Origin: Balanoglossus misakiensis
Lineage: Eukaryota > Animalia > Hemichordata
DNA: 64,000 bases
NCBI GenBank assembly: GCA_040954595.2
Contig: CM082582.2
Coordinates: forward strand, 2,526,303 to 2,590,302
Reading direction: 5' to 3'
In this document: positions 22,596 to 34,090 of the stretch, piece after piece
Numbering within the stretch: position 1 is the first letter of the stretch
How the letters are laid out: each line of letters begins with the position of its first letter
Program-made: the position numbers and the translations under genes
Notes under the pieces: generated by a model
What the model saw: only the letters and a program-made list of their open reading frames with translations
Database searches by the model: none
Told to the model about the DNA's origin: nothing

Positions 22596-24427
22596 CTACG
22601 AACCTCTCAATTTAACCAAGCTATTGTGCATTTCTCGACCAAGCATACAAAATTAAACAATATGCGTTGTAACACACCAAAGCGGTAGAGTCCAGGACTG
22701 AACCAAGAGCACAGAGAATTTAAATGTTTAAATCAATTACTACTTAGAGAGAAATCATGGCTTAATCTCAGTTCAAATTGCATATTAGTGCTGAACGTCC
22801 ACTTTAGCTTAGACATCGCAACCATTAGCATGAAGCCCGAGTAATTAGTCAGTTATGTGAAAAATACAATGTTTCAAACTTTTAAGATTTTTAAAATTTT
22901 GTTGGTGACCCTTCCATGTTGCTATGCTCAACTTCGCCTTTGAAACCCAAAATGCATAACGGCAACAGAATCCAATGGTTTGAATGATGGATTCTCGCTC
23001 TTACTGTTAGACAGTAATACCGCAATGCATTGTGGTAACAGTATCCAGCGGTATCCACAAAGGATTCTGAAATGTATTCTCAAATACCAAAGATTTGTGG
23101 ATACTGTGAGAATCCATTGTATATTCTTATGCTGGATACCATGTAGAGGATATCGAAGGATTCTCTGTGGATTCCATTGTATATTGTAAGAATCCATCAA
23201 AATGGATTCTGTTGTAACTCGATGGATACGGAACATTTCACACAGTGAAAACTTGTGCACATGTAAAGTGGGGAAGAATATTTTGACACATGACTTATGG
23301 ATATCATATGTATAAACTTGCAGCAAGTTATTTGTAATGTCAATGGAAGAAAGAACAGGACGAAGATACTTTAGCCATCGCCCAAGAAATCTTATCATCT
23401 TACTGTTAAACACCACATACCGAAATAGAGAATAATGTATATGTATTACACGAAAAATTAAACTGTATTTACTAAGTGAACATCTACAAGAAAAGTAATT
23501 GCTGTTAGAAATTAGCAAATGGTTATTTCGAGTATAACACGCAACCGGCCCGGGCGACGATGCATTTCAAGGCTCAGGTAGCCAGAGCCTATCGCAACAC
23601 AGTAAGTGCACGATATGTGCACACATGGATATTTCTCTGTCAATTAATGTGCAGTTGCGCTATATGCTAACAGAGAGGTCCCAAAATAGGCGTACATGAT
23701 TTCAGAGATGCTAGTTTATTAAATTTTTATCGAAGCTTCTCCATGCAACTGGAAAACATCTTTGTTGGCCTTGTAACTGTCATAAGTCGCTGGCTATGAA
23801 ACAGACACTCTATTCGACAAAAGTGCATTTTCCGTCATTAATCTCTATAATAAAACTGGCACAACTATCTGTAACTTGTGACTATTTTGTCAGTTTTATT
23901 GTTCTGTGTGTAAACCATGGTTTCTTGTTCGGCTCCCTATATCAGGATTAGTATTTGTCTTCTCAACTCTACCAGCATGTGTTTTTGTTGACAAAAAATG
24001 CATTCAAGCCCGGACTTGAATGCATTTCTTAATAGTAAGAATGGTCTACACACGTAAACATGACTTGTTGACTCATAGACATTTTGGGATAAATTCCAGG
24101 CAGGAGAACAAGAAAATGTGTGATGTGGTTGAAACATAAAACAAAAATTCTGAGAGAATAACCAGATTCAAATAAATGCCCGTTAATGCATTTACTTAAA
24201 CCAATTTGAGAAAAAATGAAACAAATAACGCAAGTGAGGTTGAACTATTAAGCTTAGAATATTTATTTCCAGGTAATTGTCATATGTAAATGGCTTCAGT
24301 GTGATATTTTTGCATCCTGCATCGTATCATGGACAGTCATCTCAACATATAACTGTTATGTCAGAATGAAAGTCAGGATGAAAATTACTGTTAGGGACAT
24401 TTTTAAAGAAAAACGCATGTATGATCA

Positions 24428-25734
24428 TGGCTAACCTTCTTAAAAATAATGTTGATGTGAGACTTCCAGGATAATGATGAGTCAAGAGTAACTCCAAGAT
24501 AAACAGCAGATGAAACATTTTGTATTGGTAAATCAGAGACATATAAATCCCCCTCACGATTAAATTTTGCCTGGGCTGTTTTGAAAATAACATAGTTTGT
24601 TTTGTCAATATTAATAGTAAGTTTATTTGACTTACATCAGGTCTGTACTTTAGTTAGCTAAACATTCAGAGTGGCAAGATCGATTTTGTCCTGCTTATCT
24701 GAACAAAATAAATTGGTATCATCTTCAAATAACCTGAATTGAAAATAGTCTGAGGACCTGCAGATATCATTTATATATACTAGAAAAAGAAGTGGACCTA
24801 GAATTGATCCCTGTGGAATCCCACAGGAGATCCTTTTCACTTTTGAAGTATAATTATTGACCTTGACATACTGTTGTCGGTCTTCTATATAAGTCTTAAA
24901 CCAATTAAGTGTTGATCCCCTAATCCCATAGTGGCATAGCTTAGCTAACAAAATTGTGTGGTTAATCGTATCAAATGCCTTTTAAAAATCAATGAAGATA
25001 CCGTTATCAATGTGCTTTTTCAGTTGTGAGATCTGCTAAAGCTAACTTGGTACTAAATTTCTTACGAAATCCATATTGGCTGTTAGTGGGAATATCAAAT
25101 TTTTTTAAAAAAAGAACACAGTTGCTTATTTACAATAGACTCGTACAGCTTACTAAAGATTGGCAAGACAGAGATAGGTTTGTAATTTCCTATATCATGA
25201 ACACAACCCTTTTTAAAAATTGGTGTTACTCTTGCCATTTTCAGTTTCTCTGGAAAAATACCCTGTGACAAGGAAATATTAACAATATGAGCAAATGGTT
25301 CTGTAATATAATCAGCTGATTCCTTTACAAGTTTTGGATAAATATCATCAAAACCAGCAGCTTTACAATGATCTAATGCATTAATTTCTCTGAGTATATC
25401 ACCAGAATGCACAGGATGGAAAAAGAAAGAATGAAAATGACGAATACCAAGGCAATCATTGAAATTAGCGCTACAATGTATTTGTGATGCTAGATAGCGC
25501 TACAATGTATTTGTGATGCTAGATTTTGTCCAATGTTGACAAAAAAAAGAATTAAAGGCGTCAGCTATATCAATATTTTTAGTAACAAAATTCCCGGGGT
25601 GTTTGTCATCTTTTATTTTTTGTGGAGCATTAACCTTTGAATTTTTGTTCAAGATTTCATTGATGACTTGCCATTTTTTGTGGTCCTTCCCAGAGGCTAC
25701 AGACAGTTGCAATTTATCACAAAAATACTTCTTT
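24428..25734 (-). mobile_element. LINE copy C, older internal fragment with frameshifts
   Basis: Same family as A and B, more diverged; short tandem duplication at ~25466-25523. Confidence 0.9.
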
Positions 25735-25773
25735 GTGTGGTTGAACTATAAGGCTAAGAATATTTATCTCCAA

Positions 25774-25979
25774 GTACATGTGTATATGTAGTGAATGAAC
25801 GCTCAACCACAGACAACTTCCATCCCACTTGTAGATACGAGAGTGAAAAATCACGCCAATATAAATAATTGGTCTCTACCATCAATTCATGTTGGGTGAG
25901 GTTCTACTCTCTTATCATACAAGCAGGATGGAAGTTGTGTGTGATTGAACGTCCATTCACTACATATTCACATGTACAT
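25774..25979. mobile_element. Palindromic MITE (related partial copy at ~41028-41185)
   Basis: GTACATGTGTATATGTAGTGAATG..CAACTTCCATCC / GGATGGAAGTTG..CATTCACTACATATTCACATGTAC. Confidence 0.7.
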
Positions 25980-26029
25980 TAACATAAACGGTATCTTGTA
26001 TCAAACATAATTGATGGAAAAGGGCAGCA

Positions 26030-26225
26030 AGAGAGAGGACTTTGTCCCTTTAAGATTACATAACAACGGAAAATGGTCAGATCCAAACACTGTAGGGATT
26101 TCAAACCGAGTGATATACAGAAACAATCTTGTTGAAATACAACAATAATTCACTGTACTTCTACCTCTGTTTGCTATACAAGTACAGTTACCATCCTCGT
26201 CTCCGGGAACTCTCCCATTTAAACA
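26030..26225 (-). pseudogene. Non-LTR retrotransposon endonuclease C-terminal fragment (different family)
   Basis: LNGRVPGDEDG..STVNY..SDHFPL. Confidence 0.6.
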
Positions 26226-26368
26226 AAATGAACAGAAAGTGTACAACACAATGATATCAAACTTAGACCGAATTTTTTTAGTTTTATCTTTTGACTGTCG
26301 TGGGATTGTATAGTGAGACTTTCCCTCTCTGAGACCTCTCGCCGCAGCAGAAGTAATTTTGCATGTAT

Positions 26369-29300
26369 TAGTCCATGGGCCAGACAAGAATTTGGTATCA
26401 GAAAGATGGACAAAGCCTCATGTGGTTTTTTGGAAAGGCCTATATCTCTAGATTATGAATTGGGGTGATAGCCCTGCCTATCGAGTAGCTTTCTGCATTT
26501 TTTCCCTCAAAAACTAATGTAAGAACATAAAAATTTCCGACCCAAATTTTGGGGGTAGGGGAACTTTAAATTGCTGTAACTCCAGCAAAACTAAAGCCAG
26601 AACAGTCATTTCCACTCAAATTGTGTGTTTTTTAGAACTCTACCAATATAATATATTTTAGTGGTAATTCGTTTTGAATTGAGGTCAATAGAGGTCAAAA
26701 GGTCATGAAATTTGGGTCATTCTGAAAATTTGTAGTATGACTATTTCTTGAACGATTTTTTTGAACGTAAGTCTTTAAATGTCATTTAGAAGATAAAATA
26801 CTCTCCCAGAATCTATTTCAAACCAATAGAAAACCTTATTATTCATTTATGACTAGAAAAACACAAATAAGGAGAAACGACAGAAAGACATCCAATTTTC
26901 CACTCAGTTTTAAGGGTAGGGGAAACTTAAGTTCTTGTAACTCCGGCAAAAATAAAGCCAGAACAGTCATCTAACACTCAAATTGTGAAGTTTGAAGCAT
27001 TCTATCGAATGATACAACTTTATGTCAGTTATCTGTAAAACAACAAAGGTCAACAAAGGTCAAAAGGTAAAAAAATTGGGCCATCAGTGCCCAAAATTGG
27101 CCGTATGACCATTTCTCACATTATTTTATTGACTTCATGGTATCAAATGTATTAAAGAAAGATAAAATACTGTAGCAGAAGCTATTTTAAACCAAGTGAA
27201 GTCATATATAAAAGAAAATAGAAACCATGTAGTTATATATTTTCTTCTTGGTGTCAAATTTCATTTGTTCTGGACCTTTTTTAATCGACATCAGGATCAC
27301 AGTCCATATCAGAACAGTCAGAATCATTCTCAAATGTTTCGTCGTCAACCTTTTGATTGTCACATGTCTGTAAGCGGCACATGTAAGTGCATTTGAGGCC
27401 ATTTACCATACATGGGCAATCTCCGTGTACACATTTTCTCTTGCACTGGCATGCCAGAAGCTCCAGTACAGCATCAGGAGCCACCTGTCCGTGTATCCAA
27501 TCCAAGTCAAGGCCCCCATCAGCTCTATGTAGCCATCCATGGCCATTTGGTTCAGGAATGTCAGGCATTGGTAGCAAAGCCCTCTTCCATACCCCAGCTT
27601 GAAAATTTGCACGTTCTATGTGTTGCTTGAGACTGTCCCCACAAGGAGGGAGTGTGCTGGAATCAACTTCTCCTCTCTTTGAAAGAAAGATTTCGTGACG
27701 GAGAATGTTCACGTCACATGTTTTTGAAGAAGCAGCATACATGCGACACGTGAACTCTTCCAATTTTTTAATTATCGATTGATCCACATTCCAGGATGTC
27801 CCAAGCTGTATAAATGCATCAATTGCCACATCATCCTTTGTCAATTTTTTCCATGGTCCTGTCTTCCCTCGGCCAGCAAATGCACTTACGGAATCACAGC
27901 CTGTAAATGCATGGAATGCTATCAAAGCCTGCGACAACTTATCACCTAACACTATCCGCAATTTCCCTATGTCCATGTATCTTACTCTAGCTTTGGTTCC
28001 TCTTTTCTGATACAGGGAAGCACGGATTTCCTTTGAAAATGCTATGCAGAGTATAAATACGTCAGTGTCCTCGGACACAATTATGACTGACGTATATCCA
28101 TGGTCAGATGCATGCTTTGCATGCAGAAGCATCCTTGTGTCTGCTTCTTCTTGAGAGGAAATCAGATCATCAACCAGGGACACTCCCGTCTGATCAATGC
28201 GAAAACACTGAATACCACATGTAACAAACAGTGTTTTTTTGTCAATGATAGATCTGCTCTGCTCCGACATCCATTCTTCTGTGATGAATGCAATGAGCAT
28301 GGTCTTGTTTTGGGCCTCTGAGAGGAAACTTCGCCACTGTTTGACCTTATGACCTGCAGCAATACTTTTGAACTTTACACCAGTCCCAGAGCCTCGATTC
28401 ACTCGTTCTGCATCTTTAATTGAACCTTCTTGATAAACATCAAACACAACATCAACCCTGTCACTTTTGTCTCCTTCTCGAAGAACTCTCTTCAATACAG
28501 TCTTAGCAATGTCACCAAATGTTTTTTGGTTACCTTCCACTTTCTGCACAATGCTCATACCATCAACAATGCATGCCGATTTTTCAGAGAAAACTTCAAG
28601 CACTGGGACATTCTGCGCTATGTCGTTCATGAAATTTGCCTTGTTAGTTTTTCTGAGTGACCCATCCGCATTGGCCAGTGCCCAGGGAACTGGGCCAAGT
28701 GGATGACTTAGAACCTGTTGCATCTCAAGTTGCCTTGTCTCAGCAACAACAATGATATGTCCAAAGAGATTCCTGTCAGCTTTAAGGACTATTTCTTTTC
28801 CTTTGCGCATCACTTTCTTTGCGTACACATCAGTGAAGGTCTTCAATTTCTGCTTCTTCAGTGTGGCAAAGAAGTCAACTGTACCCATTTCAAGACGTTT
28901 AGTTCTGAATTCCTTGAATGCCTCTTCGCCAACCTTTAAAGCATTCATCAGATCATCTGCAATTTCAGTGGGTGGCATAGCTGCTGTGGCCAGATTTATG
29001 AGGCTGTTTTGGTCAGACCTGAATGGGTTAATCCAGCTTTCCTCCATCAGGTTGACAAGGGACTGGACGTCTGACTCGTCCTTTAATATCCTGGTGTGTT
29101 GTAAATCTGAGTGGTTCAATTGAGAGCCCGCAAGGCCAACCATTTCCCTTAGCTGTCTAAGAAAGAGGCTCCTGTATTCAGCATTCAGATAGTACTTCTG
29201 CACAGCCCCACTTTTCAAACTGAAACCTTTTGTACCACCATCAGTTTGGGTGTCCTTATTGATGGTTTCTTCGATGGTTTGATCAAAAGGTATCTTGCCA

Positions 29301-32300
29301 AAGGGATTGCTTGGACCAAGTTGTACTGAAATTCCTCCATGCATGAAGTGTTGATACACATCTGGATAGTCCATTCTCAGACGGCACATGGAAGAAAAAT
29401 AGTATGAAAGGTACCGTGCGTAGTTCAGTCGGTCGTAGGCAAAACACCATGGTATCATATATCTGATACACATAAGGTGGTCCTCAAAATTTCCTTCCCT
29501 GGATGCACGGACAAGCCCGAGGACAATCTCCACCATATCCACGTATGACATCCAAAAGTTAGACAGATCACCATTTCCAGTTCTCAGAAAGTCCAAGTAT
29601 TCTTGAAATCGCTGTAGTATATGAGAACAGGAGTGTATGTCCTGGAACTTGAGCCAGGTTTCACCAGATATATCCTCTGCGAATTCGTTCACATGGAGCA
29701 ATGCTTCAGCCAGCTTGTTTTTGTCTCCATCCCCCAAGCATGCTTCAAACCCACTCCATGCTAAGCGAAGGAGAGACTCATACATCAGTTTATGTAGCCG
29801 AATAGCTCGGTTGTATTTCTTACCATCCAAAACCATCCCTATCGAACCATCAGCAATCACACCTGATTCTACCGATAGATCTCGCAGCCCTGCATCACCA
29901 AATCGTTTTCCAATCACTGCAAGCATGGTGCAAATGGTATGAAAGACTCCCATTCTCAGGACAATGGGCTGAAAAGTCCGTGGGTTCTTCCATATTACCT
30001 CACAGGCCTTGGCATAAAGTGCTTGGTCAAAAACACACACAATCACATTCAAATTGAGGGCTTGCATCATTTTTAGAGACCGCAGAAGAACTTCATAAAC
30101 TGTTCCCAAATCAGTGGCTGGGGCGTTCACTGTCGGTAGGTATGCAATATTGTCTTCAATAATGTCAATGCCACTTCTCAGTTTGATGTTGAACCCAGTC
30201 CAGCTGCTGACTTGCTGAGAATGCATGTTGGCCAGGCGGGACAATACCCATGCAATGTTCTTTATATGTGTGGCGCGTACAATGTTTGGTAACTGAGTGT
30301 CAACTGATTCTATTGGTTTAGGTCCCACGCGTTTGCCAGCATTGTATATGGGAATATCATGACTGTCTTCTGAGATAGAGCGTTGTTTTGTCTTTGGTGC
30401 TCGAAGTGACACCCTTTGCTCAGCATCCTCATCGAGTTCCTTCTGTTGTATAGCGATTCCATTGACTCGATGCGAGGTGCCCCCTCCACTGAGAGTTTCC
30501 TCCAAACGGTCTATATTGTCCCAAACCAACGTTGTGAAAACACCAGGACGCAAGTCTGTTGGTAATGGTACTTCATCTCCGGATGACAACTTCCGCAAAC
30601 AAAGTGCTGTATCAATTTGCTGCATCATGGAATACGAAATACTGTGACCAAGGCGATTCAGGGTGTGTATCAGTTCAACATTCCCAGTAAGTGATTTGAC
30701 AGCATAAGGTATTAGAACATGTTTTGCTGTTTTTTCATTTCCATTGGTAACAGCATAAACCACATCTTGAGCAAAGGAGTTGCTTAATCTTGACACTCGC
30801 TCAGTCTGGACATCACAGTTGGGTTCCCCACTCAAAAGTACTTTGTAAAACTTGGACAAGGGCGCTGGAATATTTAGAGATTTAGTATCAGGGGGCCAAT
30901 CATCGCTTACGCCCCTAGATAATATATCCTTCCGCAGGATTAGAGCAGATGTGGTGATGATACTTTCATCTGTTTGTTTTTCTGCTGCAAGAAGTTCTTT
31001 TCTTACAGCATTGTACTTCAGGATAACAGTACCAATATCTAGTGATGACGGATATACAAGCACCCTACCATTTACATCATTCAAAAAAATCAATGTCCCT
31101 TTGAATTCCGTATTTAGCGTACGCTGCAAGTTTTTTTTGGTGGAATTGTTAACCTGTTTAACACCAAGTTGGAGCATTTTGGTAACTAACTTGTTTGATA
31201 GATCAGTCAGGGGAACTACCTCAGGGTTTGTGAACAAATCATTTCTGATAAAAGAAAATAACTCTTCTTGAGCAATTTGCAGGACATCCTCATAACTAGT
31301 ATCTTGATCATGTTGACTTTCATCAACCTCCATATGACTTGAACCTGCTTGAATATCAGGCCTTGTATACTCCCTATAACACTTTCTATGATAGTGACCC
31401 TCAGCAGCAACCAACTCACGACTGAGAAGTGCAAGAATTTTACTGTCATTTTTTCTTGTTGCTGCCTCCCTTAATGTGTTGTCCGCACGCAATTGCTGAC
31501 AACGAACTAAAGGAGCTCTTGTCCTACTTCCCTTCATGTACTTGGTGGTGGAGCAAAATAGGCAAATATGATCGTACACCCGAGACCCTTGTATGCTCGA
31601 CCTCTTTTCACGTTCCAGTGTATTGGTTCCTTCAGATGATGACGACTGCTCATTAGAAAGGATAGATTCAAGAGCCTTTTTCATCGTAAAGAGACTTCTG
31701 CATTTCCGATGGTACTGCACCTGAGGAATTTCACCTTCGCCCAAACCAATGGCGAGGTCCTGAATTGGTTTGTATTTTCGTATGTTAGCTGCATTCAGCA
31801 AAGTTATCCAGGAGGCGTGATCTTGTAGAGTGACGAGGCTTGCTTTGCGGTCGGATTCATGACAGTCGAGAAAACAATCCCGTCGAGCCCTCTTGTGTGG
31901 AATAGAAGATGGGTTTGCCATTTTGTATTTATTATACTGGACCTGAATATAAATAGATCATGCACATATTGTGTTGAGGAAAAAAATAAGCAGATTTTTG
32001 AACCTTTGCTTGGCTTGTCATCTGCTGTGCCTGTACACTGTAGGATGGTATCCAACAATAATACGCAATCAGAGCTACAATGCTATAATAACCCTTCTCG
32101 TAGTATTGTTAGGGATCTAGTCATCATACAAGTACAGTGCACATGAGCAGCATGCAAAGGTTCACAAATCTGCACACCCGTTCTCCTAAACACCATATGT
32201 GCATGATCAGTTGGGTGTATACTTACCTGTTAGATGGCCAAACCTACCCCAAAATCCGTGGGAAATTGTTTGTTATTATCCTGTTTCTCTACTAATTTTT

Positions 32301-33058
32301 TTCTGATTGTAATTGAATACCATAAGTGTTCGAAATTACCCAAATCTAGTGATCTTTTGACCTCTTTGACCTAAATTCAAAATAAAATTGCAACAAATAC
32401 ATATACAATCGCTAGAGTGCTAAAAATACACAATTTGAGAGGTAGATGACTGTTCTAGCTTTATTTTTGCCGGAGTTACAAGAACTTAAGTTTCCCCTAC
32501 CCTTAAATCTGAGTGGAAAATTGGATGTCTTTCTGTCGTTTCTCCTCATTTGTGTTTTTCTGGTCATAAATGAATAATAAGATTTTCTATTGGTTTGAAA
32601 TACATTCTGGGAGAGTATTTTATCTTCTAAATGACATTTAAAGACTTAAGTTCAAAACTATCGTTCAAGAAATAGTCATACTACAAATTTTCAGAATGAC
32701 CCAAATTTCATGACCTTTTGACCTCTATTGACCTCAATTCAAAACGAATTACCACCAAAATATATTATATTGGTAGAGTTCTAAAAAACACACAATTTGA
32801 GTGGTAAATGACTGTTCTGGCTTTAGTTTTGCTGGAGATACAGCAATTTAAAGTTCCCCTACCCCCAAAATTTGGGTCGGAAATTTTTATGTTCTTACAT
32901 TAGTTTTTGAGGGAAAAAATGCAGAAAGCTACTCGATAGGCAGGGCTATCACCCCAATTTATAATCTAGAGATATAGGCCTTTCCAAAAAACCACATGAG
33001 GCTTTGTCCATCTTTCTGATACCAATTCATGAAAAATCGGGTCCTGGCCCATGGACTA
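26369..33058 (-). mobile_element. Academ DNA transposon (XPG-containing type), full length
   Basis: TAGT...ACTA termini, 3-bp TSD TAT (26366-68, 33059-61), ~620-bp TIRs with an internal ~360-bp duplication. Confidence 0.93.
27281..31921 (-). CDS. Academ transposase fused to XPG/PIN-like nuclease and C-terminal Cys-rich (CXC) domain, 1546 aa, uninterrupted
   Basis: WDNID, FDQALY, MGVFH, DQTIEETIN; IVDGM, EEADTRM, DTDV, TGCDSVS; CQCKRKC..CPC..CTYMC..C. Confidence 0.92.
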   Translation of the reverse strand: MANPSSIPHKRARRDCFLDCHESDRKASLVTLQDHASWITLLNAANIRKYKPIQDLAIGLGEGEIPQVQYHRKCRSLFTMKKALESILSNEQSSSSEGTNTLEREKRSSIQGSRVYDHICLFCSTTKYMKGSRTRAPLVRCQQLRADNTLREAATRKNDSKILALLSRELVAAEGHYHRKCYREYTRPDIQAGSSHMEVDESQHDQDTSYEDVLQIAQEELFSFIRNDLFTNPEVVPLTDLSNKLVTKMLQLGVKQVNNSTKKNLQRTLNTEFKGTLIFLNDVNGRVLVYPSSLDIGTVILKYNAVRKELLAAEKQTDESIITTSALILRKDILSRGVSDDWPPDTKSLNIPAPLSKFYKVLLSGEPNCDVQTERVSRLSNSFAQDVVYAVTNGNEKTAKHVLIPYAVKSLTGNVELIHTLNRLGHSISYSMMQQIDTALCLRKLSSGDEVPLPTDLRPGVFTTLVWDNIDRLEETLSGGGTSHRVNGIAIQQKELDEDAEQRVSLRAPKTKQRSISEDSHDIPIYNAGKRVGPKPIESVDTQLPNIVRATHIKNIAWVLSRLANMHSQQVSSWTGFNIKLRSGIDIIEDNIAYLPTVNAPATDLGTVYEVLLRSLKMMQALNLNVIVCVFDQALYAKACEVIWKNPRTFQPIVLRMGVFHTICTMLAVIGKRFGDAGLRDLSVESGVIADGSIGMVLDGKKYNRAIRLHKLMYESLLRLAWSGFEACLGDGDKNKLAEALLHVNEFAEDISGETWLKFQDIHSCSHILQRFQEYLDFLRTGNGDLSNFWMSYVDMVEIVLGLVRASREGNFEDHLMCIRYMIPWCFAYDRLNYARYLSYYFSSMCRLRMDYPDVYQHFMHGGISVQLGPSNPFGKIPFDQTIEETINKDTQTDGGTKGFSLKSGAVQKYYLNAEYRSLFLRQLREMVGLAGSQLNHSDLQHTRILKDESDVQSLVNLMEESWINPFRSDQNSLINLATAAMPPTEIADDLMNALKVGEEAFKEFRTKRLEMGTVDFFATLKKQKLKTFTDVYAKKVMRKGKEIVLKADRNLFGHIIVVAETRQLEMQQVLSHPLGPVPWALANADGSLRKTNKANFMNDIAQNVPVLEVFSEKSACIVDGMSIVQKVEGNQKTFGDIAKTVLKRVLREGDKSDRVDVVFDVYQEGSIKDAERVNRGSGTGVKFKSIAAGHKVKQWRSFLSEAQNKTMLIAFITEEWMSEQSRSIIDKKTLFVTCGIQCFRIDQTGVSLVDDLISSQEEADTRMLLHAKHASDHGYTSVIIVSEDTDVFILCIAFSKEIRASLYQKRGTKARVRYMDIGKLRIVLGDKLSQALIAFHAFTGCDSVSAFAGRGKTGPWKKLTKDDVAIDAFIQLGTSWNVDQSIIKKLEEFTCRMYAASSKTCDVNILRHEIFLSKRGEVDSSTLPPCGDSLKQHIERANFQAGVWKRALLPMPDIPEPNGHGWLHRADGGLDLDWIHGQVAPDAVLELLACQCKRKCVHGDCPCMVNGLKCTYMCRLQTCDNQKVDDETFENDSDCSDMDCDPDVD

Positions 33059-33314
33059 TATGCCTTAGGTGGGATATTGTGGTATAGGATAACGTTACAT
33101 CGTACCTGAATTCGATACAATGTGCTGATGGCGTAAACATGCTACGAAACTCGATGCTTTATTCTTCTGTGCGGCACGCGAATTCTATCAGCCATCTGGT
33201 GCGTGCACAGAACAACTCACATTCGCGTTTGGTATCTTCACTAACAACCATCCACCCCCTTGCAATTGTCACGAGATTTGCTCGACATTTCCGCAGTTTA
33301 CACGTCTCCCAAGA

Positions 33315-33840
33315 TATATCTAATGCCAACATCAATAAAAGACTTGGACACACCCCTTTGTCTATATATGGGAATATACAAATTAGAAGTATTGTATTCC
33401 TTTAAATTCAGTACTACATTCTTGGTTTCCGACGATTAAACAAGCATGTTTCTTCCAAAATATATCTAATAACAACATCAATAAAAAACTTGGACACACC
33501 CCTTTGTCTATATATGGGAATATACAAATTAGAAGTATTGTATTCCTTTAAATTCAGTACTACATTCTTGGTTTCCGACGATTAAACAAGCATGCTTCTT
33601 CCAAAATATATCTAATAAAAACATCAATAAAAGACTTGGACACACCCCTTTGTCTATATATGGGAATATACAAATTCGAAGTATTGTATTCCTTTAAATT
33701 CAGTACTACATTCTTGGTTTCCGACGATTAAACAAGCATGCTTCTTCCAAAATATATCTAATGAAAACATCAATAAAAGACTTAGACACACGTTGTTTAC
33801 CATATATGGGATTATTTAAATTAGAGGTTGATTATTCTTT
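33315..33840. repeat. Tandem repeat, ~146 bp x 3.5
   Basis: AACATCAATAAAAGACTTGGACACACCCC recurs at ~33328, 33474, 33620 and 33766. Confidence 0.92.
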
Positions 33841-33842
33841 TA

Positions 33843-33928
33843 CCCCTTTCACCACTATAGTCCAGTCCAAACCAGTTGTTTTCCATGGGAAGGTTGGACA
33901 TCTATAGAGGGTTCTGGGCTTGAAAGGG
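33843..33928. mobile_element. Tiny piggyBac-like MITE
   Basis: CCCTTTCA...TGAAAGGG|TTAA; left flank TTTA. Confidence 0.55.
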
Positions 33929-34090
33929 TTAAATTCAACACATGCAGTACTCTAGAGGCAATTGTACATAAAGTCGATCGAAAAAACATGACGCCTATTG
34001 TATGATGGAATAATCTTGTGCGCACATGAGAGAAGCGGTTTTAAAGGCGTGGATATACCACGTCACACACGTCACTATATTCGCTCAACA

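Larger units (their letters stand above)
11910..22760 (-). mobile_element. CR1/L2-type LINE copy B, near full length (ORF1 + EN-RT), interrupted at 14378-21364
   Basis: ORF1-like 22113-22595, APE endonuclease 21365-22045, linker/RT 12131-14375, (GAT)n/(GATA)n tail; 5' boundary approximate. Confidence 0.92.

Noticed and set aside
22928-23518. 196-aa ORF
   Set aside because: Crosses GGATTC-repeat TE sequence; no protein-like features
27387-31656. Many short ORFs overlapping the Academ transposase
   Set aside because: Shadow ORFs of a long coding sequence
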